Positions 7,401-14,529 of a stretch of 14,554 nucleotides of DNA are shown here, one piece after another. The position numbers and the translations under genes were made by a program. Location of the stretch: contig CAZOYL010000060.1 of assembly GCA_964584035.1 (NCBI GenBank), forward strand, positions 1 through 14,554. The letters run 5' to 3'. A model generated the notes under the pieces. It was not told the origin of the DNA. It saw nothing but the letters and a program-made list of their open reading frames with translations, and made no database searches. The DNA is from an uncultured Gemmatimonadota bacterium (GTDB lineage Bacteria; SM23-81). How positions within the stretch are numbered: the first letter of the stretch is position 1; each line of letters opens with the position of its first letter.

Positions 7401-10400
7401 CCGGCCCTGGCCATGATAGCGGACCGTTCCGGCAATGGCTCCGCGATCGGCCAGGAGGAAGTCGATCCCCTCGGACTGGCCCGGCGCCATCACCAGGGAC
7501 CGGGATTCTCCGGACAGGCCGCCGTGAACAGCCGTCACTGCGCAGGGTCCGGACGGCAGGTCGAAGAGGCAGTAATTCCCCAGGCCGTCGCAGGTGTCGC
7601 TCCGGGTGATCCCGCCCAGGGACACGGCCCGGACCAGCGTGCCGGTTCCGGGCGTATCATCTGCAGCATGACGGACCGTGCCGGAGATGGTGTTGGCCAC
7701 CGCAGAGGGATACAGGTCCAGCCGCCGGGACTCGCCCATCTGGAGAACGATCCCGGAAAGAGCACAGGTTTCATAGCCCCGTTTCCGGGCTACGAGGTCA
7801 TGGTTTCGGGAGACATCCAGATCCTCGAAGACATAGTTGCCGCTGAAATCGGTGGTGTCCGGCAGCGGGTCGCCCCCCGACGATGACAGGGTCACCAGGA
7901 CCCCGGAGAGCGGATCGCCGGCATGGGCCACCTGTCCGTAGATGGCCCCCTGAACCGGCTGCAGGGACAGATCGGCCGTCACGGTTTCTCCCTTGACCGC
8001 CTCGATGGTCCGGGCCGGAGCTCGCCAGCCGGTGGCACTGGACTCCAATTGGTAGCTGCCGGCCTCCAGCCAGGGGAAGCGGAATTGTCCCTGGGCATCG
8101 CTGAACACGATCATCGCTCCGGGGGACAGGCGCACGGCCACATCGGCCACGGGCCGGCCCAGGTGGTCGGCGATCTGCCCGCCGATGGCGGCGGTCCGGA
8201 CGGTGACCTGAAGCTGGGGGGCGGTGACCGGATCGCGATCCACCTCGACCGTCAGCTGGGCGTTGTCATGACCGTCATCGGGCAGCAGAGTGCCGACCTG
8301 ATAGGTCTGCTGCGGGTAGAGCCGGCCGATGGTATACCAGCCCTGGTCGTCGGTGGTGTCGCCGCGGGCCAGCTGGGCACAGACGGCCGTCACCGGAGCT
8401 CCGGGCACCGGGTCCAGGTCCTGGTCCACCACCCGTCCACGGATCGAGGCCGTATCGGCGGCGAAGGCGAAATTGACCGCCGAGCGCCGCTCCCGGGCCC
8501 CCAGGCCGATGACCGTTCTGAGGTCGGGCCAGCTCGACCAGCCCAGCTTCTGGGCCGACACCTGGTAATCGCCGGCCGGCAGGTAGTCGACCTGATAGGA
8601 GCCGTTCAACTGGGACAGGACCGTCCGGCGGACGCCGTTGGCCGTGCCGGACACCGTCACCGAGGCTCCTTCCACCTCTGCGCTGCCGGCGATGGTCCCC
8701 CGGGCCACCCGGACCGTCAGCTCGATACCGGTCACATTCTGGGTGTCCAGGTTCAAGGTCATGGCGGCGTTCTCGTAACCCTCCTCGTAGAAGACGGTGG
8801 TGAGTCCATAGGCGGTACCGGGCGAGAGGCCGTCCACGAGGAAGTTCCCGGAGCCGTCGGTCACCGCCTGGTGATTCTGTTCCTGGTTCGAGACCCGGAC
8901 GGTGACGCCGGCCAGGGCTCCGCTGTCTTCATCGACCACCCGGCCGGAGACCGACAGGTCGCGGCGGCTGAGCTCGAAAGCGATGGACAGGGAGTCTCCG
9001 TCGCCGATCACCACCAGGGTCTCGGCCGGCACGGTCAGGTAGCCGCCGGCGGCCGCCTCGACGCTGTAACTGTCGGAGGCCAGGTGGCTGAGGCGAAAGC
9101 GGCCGTCCGGAGCGGTGCTGTCGGCGGCGAAGTTGCCCTTCTGGCCGCGGGCGGTCACCACGGCGGAGCCGATGCCGGTTCCTGCAGACGAGACCCGGCC
9201 GGTCACCAGGCCGAGGTTTTGGGACAGCTCGATCTGGACCGAGACCGTCTCTTCGGAAGCCAGCACGACGGTGTCCGGATACGAGCCGGTATACCCGCTC
9301 TTGAAGGCCGTCACGGTCAGGACGCCCCGGGGCAGCCGGGAGAGCTCAAAATCGCCTCCGGCGTCGCTGCTGGTCCGACCCACCGGCTGGCCCGAAGAGG
9401 CGGCCGTCACGATGGCCCCCGGGACGGCCGAGCCGCCGCAGGTCACCGACCCCAGCAGGCCGGCGGTGTGGGGAATCAGGTGAAAGTCGACCCGGGCGAA
9501 CTGTCCGCCCACCAGGATGCGCTGGGTCAGCTCCTGGGGCTGGTAGCCGGTCGGGCCGGCGGCGATAAGATAGACGCCCGGCGACAGTCCCGGGATGGAG
9601 TACTGTCCCAGGGCGTCGGTCCGGGCCGAGCCGCCCAGGGATGAGTCGGCGGCCGTGGCCGTGATCAGCACGTTGGCCAGCGGTTCTCCGGAGGAGGTCG
9701 CCCAGACCCCGCCCAAGATATTGACTGGATTGGGCTGCAGGGTGAAATCCTGATTGGCCGCCGCCGACCCCAGGGGGGCGGTGACCATGGAGGTCTGGCC
9801 GCCATAGCCGGGAAGGGTGACCCGCAGCAGATAGCGTCCGGCTCGGACCGGCAGCCGGAAAAGGCCGTCCCTTCCGCTGCGGGTTCGGAAGACGGAGGTC
9901 ACATCGCCGGCCGTCACCAGAGCGTCATACAGAGGCCGGCCGCCGCCGTCGGTGACCCGGCCCTCGATACAGCTCTCGCAGGGCGTCAGATTCAGGGCCA
10001 CCTGACTGACATCGCCGGGCAGGAGGGCCGCCGCTGTGTCGACGGCGGACAGGTATCCGATGACGCTGGCGGTCAGGGCGTAGTTTCCTCCGGCGGCCAC
10101 CTGCAGGACGAATTGTCCGTCGGGATCGGTGACGGTCAGGTACTCGGGGCCGCCCGGCCAGAGGGCTGACAGCAGGACTTCGACGCCGCTCAGGGGGTTG
10201 GATCGCGAGGTGACCGTTCCACCGATACGGGCCAGGTGTTTTTGAAGATAAAAAGGCTCCAGGGTGGTTCTCTGCCCGGCCATCACGGTGACCGGCCGGC
10301 CCTCGGACGGTCCGGCCAGACCCGGCTTATCCACCAGGACGAGGTAGTCGCCGGGGCTCAGGGAGCGGGCGAACGTGCCGGTCCGATCGGTCCGCACCTG

Positions 10401-12896
10401 GTCGGTGAGCGTCTCCCCGGCGGGTCCGTCCGGGAGGTGGATCTGTACCCGGGCGCCGTCCACCGGCCGCCCGTCGCACAGGACCCGGCCCTCCAGGGTG
10501 CCGGCATGGTCGAATAATACCAGGTCGACGCCGGAAAGGTGCTGGCCGGAGGACAGCGAAAGAGCGCCGCTAAGAGCGGAGATGAAGCCCTCTTTGGCGG
10601 CCCGCAGGCGGTGACGGCCGGTCGGCAGCCTCAGGCGGTAGCCGCCGTCGGGGCCGGTCGTGACGCTGACCGCGCCGTTGGTGATGAGCACGCCCTCCAG
10701 GCCGGAGTATCCGTCCGATGTGGCCCGGCCGCGCACGCTGGCCTCGGCCGGGGCCAGCAGCAGCTCCACCTGGTGATAGCTCTCTCCCCGGCCCAGAGTG
10801 AGAGTGAGGGGATCCAGGGGGACGTAACCGGCAGCGGCGGCCTGCAGCCGGTAGGTGCCCGGCAGCAGGCTGAGGGTGAACCCTCCCGAGGGGCCGGTCG
10901 ATACCGATGTGGCCGCACCCATCAGGGGAATGGCAGTGACGGTCGCCCCCGGCAGGCCGTTCTGCCCGTCGGTGACCCGTCCGGAGACCAGAGACGCCCT
11001 GGGTATCAGCACCAGGTTCGTCGTCGCATCCGCATCCGTGATCGTCGCCGTCGCTGCATCAGGTTGAGCGTAGCCGGTCTTAGAGGCGTTCACGGTCCAG
11101 GTTCCGGGCTCGATCGAGAATTCATATTGGCCCAGGGCGTCGGTCTGGTCGGTCAATTGAATGGTTTCATTATAGAGGCTCACCTCGGCCTGCCAGATGG
11201 CCCCGCCGTCCGGGTTGGTCACCTGGCCGGAGAGATGATAGCGGCAGGGGGTCAGCGTCAGGGGCCCGCCGGCGGCCGGATCGTCCAGGTTGACCTGCTG
11301 GCCGGCCGATACCGTCACCGAGCGGTCATCCGGTGAGGTATATCCCTGCTTGAGGGCCGAGACGCTCCAGGTGCCCGACTCCAGCCGCAGCCGGAAGGCT
11401 CCGCTGAGGTCCGATTCGGCGGTGTAGGTCTGCCCGTCGACGGCCGGTATGGCCGTGATCCGGACCCAGGGAAGCGGGTCTGATCCGCCGTCCACCGTGG
11501 AGCCGTAGACGGCCGAAAGGTTCGGGGACAGGGTCAGGGTGACGGCGACGGTCTGGCCGTCGCCGGTCAGGTACACAGTATCGGCGGCGGGCCGGTGGCC
11601 GGCCAGGCTGCCGGACAGCCGGTAAGTTCCCAGGGGCAGCCGGGCGTCGGCATAGCCGTTCTCATCGGTCAGCAGGTCCCGGGGATCTCCCTGGCCGGGC
11701 AGCCGCTCGAGGGTCACCCCGGCCCGGGGCAGGGGCTGGTCGTCCTCCGGGTCCTCCGGGGTACCGCCATCATGGCAGGTTTTCACGATCAGGGTGCCTG
11801 ACGCGGTGACGTAAGTGAAGCTGCCTTCCAGGCTCAGAGCGCCGTATCCGCCATCGTCGGCGGCCAGCACCTTCCAGATGTGATCGCCGGCCCGGAGATG
11901 CTGACCGGCCGGCAGGCGGTATTCGGTGCGGCCGGTGACCGTGCCGAAAACCGGCAGGGCCACCGAGCTGCCGTCATCATGATGGATCTCGTAGACGTAT
12001 AGATGGTAGCCGCTGGCCCCGGGCACCCGGCTCCAGCGAAAGGTGATCGGGCTTTCGGTCAGCATGGCGCCCTGGGCCGGCTCGATCAGCTGCGGCGCCG
12101 GGAAGGGCGGCTCGACCCCGACCTCGAAGCCGGAGGGCCCGGCAGTGACCGCCGAGCTGAGGGCCGGATGGTTGCCGTAATTGTTCAGCACCAGCCAGTT
12201 ATAGCGCAATCCCGACACCAGAGGAGGAATCTGGGAGAGGGGCAGGGTGCCGGAGGGATCCGGCGTGCCATAGGGCAGCGAGGTCCCGGCGGTGATGGCC
12301 TGCCAGATGATGTTGGCGCCGGTGACGCAGAGCTCTCCGGACTCGTCCTCCTGGATGCGGAACGGCTGATCGGACAGGAGGAGATGATAATAGGGCACTC
12401 CCGGGACGGAGCGCCAGCGGAACACCGGGTCGACCGTCTCGATGCCGGCCCCGCCCTGAGCGGTGCGGGGGCTGACCGTCAATGGGGCGGAGGTGCTCTC
12501 CACCAGCAGCAGGAACTCATCCGAAGTGCCGGAACCGCCGGTCAGCAGGCAGTAGTGGATCCCCGGCGAGAGCTGCTCGCCGGGCTGAAAGGCCAGATGG
12601 CCAGGCCGGTCAACGAGAAGATTGGAGATGATAAATGGGTAATTGGAGGCGTCGCCCCCGCCGGAGCGAGTGGCATACCGCAGGTCGGCCCGCTGCGGCT
12701 CGGCCCAGCGAATGAGCACGGTGTCTGCGGGAGAAATGAGATCCAGGGGGCGGTCGGTGATGGTCAGCCCGGCGGCGGCAGGGCCTTCGGGGCCGGCCGG
12801 CAGCCCGGCGGCCGTGATCACGATGACGGCGGCCAGCAGTCTCAGGAAGAACGTGTTCGGCGTGCCGATCGAGCGGTGTCGGCGGGGCTCCCTCAC
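4461..12896 (-). CDS. Giant (2811 aa) secreted/surface protein: signal peptide, Ig/FN3-like N-terminal domains, about 22 carboxypeptidase-regulatory-like repeats, Ig-like domains, ZU5-like domain with HFS motif, FlgD-like/T9SS-type CTD
   Basis: GTG start with GGGGAG 8 nt upstream, and a basic n-region plus hydrophobic h-region. Two FN3-like units (AP..I.P..G...P.FRW..VPG...YHL). Repeated G.V.D..G.PL.GA.V...TD..G.F...L.PG.Y...A...GY modules. C-terminal PNPFTP...VTIRVYNMAGQLVRT...WDGRTESGELARNGRYLIHF, typical of FlgD-Ig/T9SS-type CTDs. Confidence 0.9.
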   Translation of the reverse strand: MREPRRHRSIGTPNTFFLRLLAAVIVITAAGLPAGPEGPAAAGLTITDRPLDLISPADTVLIRWAEPQRADLRYATRSGGGDASNYPFIISNLLVDRPGHLAFQPGEQLSPGIHYCLLTGGSGTSDEFLLLVESTSAPLTVSPRTAQGGAGIETVDPVFRWRSVPGVPYYHLLLSDQPFRIQEDESGELCVTGANIIWQAITAGTSLPYGTPDPSGTLPLSQIPPLVSGLRYNWLVLNNYGNHPALSSAVTAGPSGFEVGVEPPFPAPQLIEPAQGAMLTESPITFRWSRVPGASGYHLYVYEIHHDDGSSVALPVFGTVTGRTEYRLPAGQHLRAGDHIWKVLAADDGGYGALSLEGSFTYVTASGTLIVKTCHDGGTPEDPEDDQPLPRAGVTLERLPGQGDPRDLLTDENGYADARLPLGTYRLSGSLAGHRPAADTVYLTGDGQTVAVTLTLSPNLSAVYGSTVDGGSDPLPWVRITAIPAVDGQTYTAESDLSGAFRLRLESGTWSVSALKQGYTSPDDRSVTVSAGQQVNLDDPAAGGPLTLTPCRYHLSGQVTNPDGGAIWQAEVSLYNETIQLTDQTDALGQYEFSIEPGTWTVNASKTGYAQPDAATATITDADATTNLVLIPRASLVSGRVTDGQNGLPGATVTAIPLMGAATSVSTGPSGGFTLSLLPGTYRLQAAAAGYVPLDPLTLTLGRGESYHQVELLLAPAEASVRGRATSDGYSGLEGVLITNGAVSVTTGPDGGYRLRLPTGRHRLRAAKEGFISALSGALSLSSGQHLSGVDLVLFDHAGTLEGRVLCDGRPVDGARVQIHLPDGPAGETLTDQVRTDRTGTFARSLSPGDYLVLVDKPGLAGPSEGRPVTVMAGQRTTLEPFYLQKHLARIGGTVTSRSNPLSGVEVLLSALWPGGPEYLTVTDPDGQFVLQVAAGGNYALTASVIGYLSAVDTAAALLPGDVSQVALNLTPCESCIEGRVTDGGGRPLYDALVTAGDVTSVFRTRSGRDGLFRLPVRAGRYLLRVTLPGYGGQTSMVTAPLGSAAANQDFTLQPNPVNILGGVWATSSGEPLANVLITATAADSSLGGSARTDALGQYSIPGLSPGVYLIAAGPTGYQPQELTQRILVGGQFARVDFHLIPHTAGLLGSVTCGGSAVPGAIVTAASSGQPVGRTSSDAGGDFELSRLPRGVLTVTAFKSGYTGSYPDTVVLASEETVSVQIELSQNLGLVTGRVSSAGTGIGSAVVTARGQKGNFAADSTAPDGRFRLSHLASDSYSVEAAAGGYLTVPAETLVVIGDGDSLSIAFELSRRDLSVSGRVVDEDSGALAGVTVRVSNQEQNHQAVTDGSGNFLVDGLSPGTAYGLTTVFYEEGYENAAMTLNLDTQNVTGIELTVRVARGTIAGSAEVEGASVTVSGTANGVRRTVLSQLNGSYQVDYLPAGDYQVSAQKLGWSSWPDLRTVIGLGARERRSAVNFAFAADTASIRGRVVDQDLDPVPGAPVTAVCAQLARGDTTDDQGWYTIGRLYPQQTYQVGTLLPDDGHDNAQLTVEVDRDPVTAPQLQVTVRTAAIGGQIADHLGRPVADVAVRLSPGAMIVFSDAQGQFRFPWLEAGSYQLESSATGWRAPARTIEAVKGETVTADLSLQPVQGAIYGQVAHAGDPLSGVLVTLSSSGGDPLPDTTDFSGNYVFEDLDVSRNHDLVARKRGYETCALSGIVLQMGESRRLDLYPSAVANTISGTVRHAADDTPGTGTLVRAVSLGGITRSDTCDGLGNYCLFDLPSGPCAVTAVHGGLSGESRSLVMAPGQSEGIDFLLADRGAIAGTVRYHGQGRPGALVAAVERQTGEPFLATSRSGGSFGIPGLLSGDYDISVSIRGFETAESPGCLTILPGTEHSLNIALQEGPAALLGSVRDTRDRPVAGAVVIASADGRTDSTTAGPCGNFVLDLAPSSRCIVQTRAGSHHQAPAETVSVVRGQTVVVDFELIPRTNSVFGTVADGQSGAAVGGAEAVLTDSAGGQLRDTTTVAGEYLFSAQPGRHMLRVEKPGYQTWGPREIVLAAGGFSPQDVVLIPVVTTADLGGTVTWGDQPLSGVRVAARSLSGEIRDTVWSQTDGRYLFAALPAGHDYLLEAGRTGFDLLCSGPVPLLPGGQVHNLNFPRGRIAWTVLGQGGAPLAGAAIHLSSAAVDTVMITDAGGTCRSDEHLSPGWYQAGLTGGEEYLPVSPYEILLDMDEIRTETVPLAVRHVPFPEDSAFSVNEEIPLCAWVDDPEESTRVFLFYRHPDQADYSSQPMMPGGEKSLTRRGRPAAESISGRTGSAALCYRAAIPGGEASGRLKYFIEVRHLGRTYSRRSSPWELDVAAKGTLHKTCLSPAEKRLPPDLPYVFQLQTYDVQEQNLNHLLTAETVSWTLIKGPGDICIDGQDPTLATYVSRTEGVTTLEATVTLDGVTMRTQAQVTCQSSALGQLEIAGPALPEIASGNQVTFRSVAQDTSGRTMSIWPRWDIQPEGAGLTARSLNGDRLTFTPHADFIGQVRVFLTDSVTGEMVEFNADDGAAESDRGASVYYPLAGGAPGTAIGDHRGFRLIIPDSALTPGTATQISLRTPAVPDVKRYTPRHQIHGHIYEVGSSSPLGFERPVDLILPVCEQARGLKSVAGRWDGQALKWVEIEGVCRSGEICAPVDHFSQFAVLSVSQPLGWSDIRLVPNPFTPHDPYGLQLAFTLSSDRARKPFVTIRVYNMAGQLVRTICENEPLPKGSYLPGESFPDSRGRDITLWDGRTESGELARNGRYLIHFRADDSAGTVDKLATAVLIK
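6171..11807 (-). repeat. About 22 tandem carboxypeptidase-regulatory-like (transthyretin/prealbumin-fold) modules of about 85 aa
   Basis: Manual parsing of the translation from TASGTLIVK to ETVPLAV gives 22 modules over 1879 codons. The modules are strongly diverged and no long exact DNA repeats were noticed. Confidence 0.8.
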
Positions 12897-12904
12897 AGCC
12901 AGTG

Positions 12905-12910
12905 CTCCCC
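12905..12910 (-). promoter_or_regulatory. Shine-Dalgarno sequence of the giant gene
   Basis: The minus strand reads AAGGGGAG-CACTGGCT-GTG, an 8-nt spacing. Confidence 0.65.
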
Positions 12911-12924
12911 TTAGCGGGTCAAGT

Positions 12925-13008
12925 GAAAGTTTAAAGGAAATGGTTCGAAAGTGACGGTTCGAAAGTAATGGTCAGAAAGGAACGGTCAGAAAACGACGGT
13001 TAAAAGGT
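12925..13008 (-). repeat. 14-bp-period tandem direct repeat (5 clear units plus 1 degenerate unit) starting at the 3' end of the 505-aa barrel gene
   Basis: Minus strand from 13008: ACCTTTTAACCGTC / GTTTTCTGACCGTT / CCTTTCTGACCATT / ACTTTCGAACCGTC / ACTTTCGAACCATT / TCCTTTAAACTTTC. Confidence 0.85.
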
Positions 13009-14517
13009 CCAGGTGGTGGTCGCGCGCATGACGCCGGCCGGGATCGAGATCAGCAGAAGGTCGATGCGGTATCCGCTTCCCAGAGCGAAACCCGTGCCAA
13101 GGGAAAAGGTTGGGACCATCATAGCATCCTCGCCGGAGCCCTCGTCCTGGCCGTCCTGATCCTCCGGATCGCGCTGGTAAAAGACCTTTCCTAAAATAAT
13201 GCCTCCGCTGAGGCGTGCCGGGCCGGCCTCCAGGCCCAGGGTCAGGACGTGGCCGGGCCGCAGGCCGGCGCTGTAGGCCACCGGCAGGTCGGCCTCGGCG
13301 ATGTCGTAGCGGCAGGCGTACTCTCCGAAATAGCGGGCGTATTGCAACAGGGCGGTGGCGAAACGAAAGTGCCAGGCGGCACCCAGACAGAGAGCCCCGG
13401 GCAGGTTCACGACCACCTGGTCGGCTGTGGGGTTGTCGACCGTCTCGGTTCGGGTGGGCTCGTCCAGGTCCACCTGGTCGGCGTCCAGAGGGTCATCGTC
13501 GGACAGGTTCAGGCCGGGGACGGTGTACTGGACGATGTCCATCTGTCCCCGGAGAGTGATCTTCGAGGGCAGCGACAGGGTGGCGTCCAGGCTCAGGTCG
13601 GGCTTGAGCCGGCAGGAGGTGCCGATTTTCAGGCCCCAGCCGGTGCCGCGGTAGCTGCCGGCCATCTCCTGGTAAAGGTCGTTGGGCCAGGGATCGGCCG
13701 GGTCGTTGAAGGCCGTTTCCCGACCGGCCCGGAGGATGATGCCCTCCACCTGCACCCGGCCGTCGGCCGCGCTGGAACCGAAGTAGCGGTTGACCAGCAG
13801 GCCCAGGCTCCAGCCGGGCCGGATCCGGCGGCCCAGGCCGAATCCCAGAGCGCTGATATGCACCCGGCTGGTCAGGCTGAGATCGGCGCCCACGGTCAGG
13901 TCGACATCGTTTTCCGGATCATCCTCATCCTCGCCGTAGACCTTGGCCTGAAGCTCGGTTCCCACCGCCTCCAGCTCCAGGCTGAGGGCCTGGTGCAGGC
14001 CGATGCCGATCGCCCAGCCGCGGACCGGGACGGTCAAGATGCCGTTGGGGACCATCCCCCGCTGGCCCAGCCGGGCCGAGACATCGGGATAATCGGATGC
14101 CTTTAGGATCAGCTCGGGGCTGCCCTTCTCGCCGGCCAGGTCGTCGACCGCCTCCTGAGCCAGACCGTTGATGTCCACGAAGCTCTGGGCGTCCAGGCTG
14201 ACCAGCGGCGGGGTCAGGTCCAGCATGGCCTGAGGGCGGTCCAGCAGACCCAGGCGGGCGGGATTCCAGTAGAGGTCCTCGGGGCCGTATTCCAGGCCGG
14301 TGCAGGTGCCGCCCAGCGAGGCCGTCCGCGATCCCATCCCGGCCAAAAGGCCGTTGGACAGGAACAGCCGGGAGCGGTACCGGCCGCCGTGAAAGGCGGT
14401 CAACTGGCCGTCCTCCCCGCGGCTGCACATCGGCCACAGGGCGACCAGCAGCAGCATGATGATCAGCCATTCGACGATTCGTCCGAAGGAAACGCGCAGC
14501 AGCATGACAGAGTTCAC
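13000..14517 (-). CDS. Divergent FadL/PorV-superfamily outer-membrane beta-barrel (505 aa) with large acidic loops
   Basis: Signal peptide (WLIIMLLLVALWPMCSRG-E). Motif GMGSRTASLGG......PEDLYWNPARL matches the GAR..(G/S)LGG...D....WNPA.L hatch signature. Strand-like segments include LGFGLGRRIRPGWSLGL, GTGWGLKIG, LPGALCLGAAW and FSLGTGF. It ends MRATTTWTF. GTG start with AGGAGG 6 nt upstream. Confidence 0.75.
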   Translation of the reverse strand: MNSVMLLRVSFGRIVEWLIIMLLLVALWPMCSRGEDGQLTAFHGGRYRSRLFLSNGLLAGMGSRTASLGGTCTGLEYGPEDLYWNPARLGLLDRPQAMLDLTPPLVSLDAQSFVDINGLAQEAVDDLAGEKGSPELILKASDYPDVSARLGQRGMVPNGILTVPVRGWAIGIGLHQALSLELEAVGTELQAKVYGEDEDDPENDVDLTVGADLSLTSRVHISALGFGLGRRIRPGWSLGLLVNRYFGSSAADGRVQVEGIILRAGRETAFNDPADPWPNDLYQEMAGSYRGTGWGLKIGTSCRLKPDLSLDATLSLPSKITLRGQMDIVQYTVPGLNLSDDDPLDADQVDLDEPTRTETVDNPTADQVVVNLPGALCLGAAWHFRFATALLQYARYFGEYACRYDIAEADLPVAYSAGLRPGHVLTLGLEAGPARLSGGIILGKVFYQRDPEDQDGQDEGSGEDAMMVPTFSLGTGFALGSGYRIDLLLISIPAGVMRATTTWTF

Positions 14518-14523
14518 CCCTTC

Positions 14524-14529
14524 CCTCCT
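14524..14529 (-). promoter_or_regulatory. Shine-Dalgarno sequence AGGAGG for the 505-aa barrel gene
   Basis: The minus strand reads CAGGAGG-GAAGGG-GTG, which supports GTG at 14517 as the start. Confidence 0.75.

Noticed and set aside
8358..8366. RGD integrin-binding motif in the giant protein
   Set aside because: One tripeptide in a 2811-aa Arg/Gly/Asp-rich protein is expected by chance, and it lies in a predicted strand.
6360..9644. Long plus-strand ORFs (508 aa and 573 aa), and the other antisense or alternative-frame ORFs in the track
   Set aside because: They are shadow ORFs overlapping well-supported genes in GC-rich DNA, with no recognisable motifs and biased Arg/Gly/Pro/Ala-rich composition.
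9969..9980. CxxC (CESC) as a heme or redox motif
   Set aside because: It is not followed by His, there is no thioredoxin context, and it sits at a module junction.
12917..12922. TTGACC as a -35 box for the giant gene
   Set aside because: It is only about 20 nt from the start codon, so a -10 element would collide with the start, and no matching -10 is seen.
12925..13008. Possible CRISPR array
   Set aside because: The units are 14 bp and contiguous, with no spacers, and no cas genes are present in the window.
14410..14470. Lipoprotein signal in the 505-aa barrel (..LWPMC)
   Set aside because: WPMC does not fit the L-[AS]-[GA]-C lipobox. SPase I cleavage near SRG-E is more plausible.
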